The notes under the pieces were generated by a model. It did not search any database. It had not been told where the DNA came from and saw only the letters and a list, made by a program, of their open reading frames with translations. From IMG/VR virus record IMGVR_UViG_3300017963_000515, positions 1-35,689 of that record: a DNA stretch of 35,689 nt. The stretch is one strand, 5' to 3'. Origin of the DNA: a virus (lineage: Duplodnaviria > Caudoviricetes). The first letter of the stretch is position 1, and each line of letters opens with the position of its first letter. Of the stretch, positions 34,963-35,689 are shown one piece after another. The translations under genes and the position numbers were made by a program.

Positions 34963-35376
34963 TCAGAAATCCGCGTAGGGGTCAGCGCTAGACGGGCGGA
35001 CGTCTTTGCCGTCATTTTTAAGCTTTGCGCGGCTAACCGGGGTTAGCCCCAACTCTTGGCTAAGCTGGCGAAACTGGGTGATCCAGGCGGGAGTCATCAG
35101 GCCGTCCACGTCTCCGTTGGTCAGCGCGTGGCGCATCTTGCTGAACATGTGGCAGTAGAGCGTGACTACCCCGAAATCCGTGGCGCGCAACACGTTCTTG
35201 TCGGCAAATATCTTTACAATGCGGGACCACTCGTCCGCGGCCACCGGGTCGAGGTAGTCGGGGCACGGGGGCAGCTTCTGGTCGATGATCACTTCTGATG
35301 CCTGGTCGCCGTGGCGGTCCCGGCGGTACGTGCCGTTGGCCACGTGTTCGCTTATGGATTTTTTAAAGTTGGGCAT
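34963..35376 (-). CDS. terS: Terminase small subunit, P27 family
   Basis: GTYRRDRH, P.YL...A..EW, D......YC, ELGLTP.SR.KL. Confidence 0.9.
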   Translation of the reverse strand: MPNFKKSISEHVANGTYRRDRHGDQASEVIIDQKLPPCPDYLDPVAADEWSRIVKIFADKNVLRATDFGVVTLYCHMFSKMRHALTNGDVDGLMTPAWITQFRQLSQELGLTPVSRAKLKNDGKDVRPSSADPYADF

Positions 35377-35606
35377 ACTGGCACCCCTAGTCTGGCAGCA
35401 AGATCGCTCATGAGTTTGTCGACGTGTTGCACCGCCCGCGCCTTGCGAGTCCGGGAGATGCGGGGCGACTCCAGGTCAAAGAGCAGCTTGTGCACCACGG
35501 CGTTCTGACGCGTCACCCCGAGCCACATAAGGTACGCCCGAGCGGCGGCCAGGTACTCCTCGGGGTCGAGGTAAAAGTCTTCCACAGTGGGGGCACGTCG
35601 GCTCAT
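35352..35606 (-). CDS. Hypothetical protein upstream of terS
   Basis: 84 aa, ATG with AGG RBS after a promoter; overlaps the terS start. Confidence 0.6.
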   Translation of the reverse strand: MSRRAPTVEDFYLDPEEYLAAARAYLMWLGVTRQNAVVHKLLFDLESPRISRTRKARAVQHVDKLMSDLAARLGVPVCPTLKNP

Positions 35607-35640
35607 GTTGGAAACCTGCTAGTTAGTTGGTCTTATGCCC

Positions 35641-35668
35641 AGTATAGTGCGCTCTCGCAAACTTTCAA
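35641..35668 (-). promoter_or_regulatory. Putative promoter of the packaging/late operon
   Basis: TTGAAA-16 bp-TATACT on the minus strand. Confidence 0.6.
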
Positions 35669-35689
35669 CTGACACTATGCATAAAAAAC

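Overview
The window looks like a nearly complete genome (about 35.7 kb) of a tailed siphovirus-type phage, almost all encoded on the minus strand. Read from the right end, the late region carries: P27-type TerS and TerL; HK97-type portal, prohead protease and major capsid protein; several head accessory genes, including an RcGTA GhsA (Rcc01079)-like spike base; head-tail joining genes; two paralogous tail-tube-like genes; a G/GT chaperone with an A AAA AAG frameshift site; a displaced HK97 gp10-like gene; and a tape measure protein. A GTA-type baseplate module follows (Dit, hub, NlpC/P60, megatron), interrupted by a GH108 endolysin plus 3TM holin, then a repeat-containing tail fibre with an S74 chaperone and a terminator. 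Next is a replication operon: Cas4-like nuclease, SSB, PolA, dNMP kinase, SF2 helicase, VRR-NUC, primase-helicase and a T5 A1-like nuclease, followed by small ORFs. The left end has a 290-bp dyad-symmetric repeat array (origin-like) and the only plus-strand unit, a pinholin-like gene plus an HNH terminase cofactor behind a palindrome-covered promoter. I found no integrase, repressor, tRNA, CRISPR array or spanin. All family assignments come from motif recognition by eye, not from database searches.
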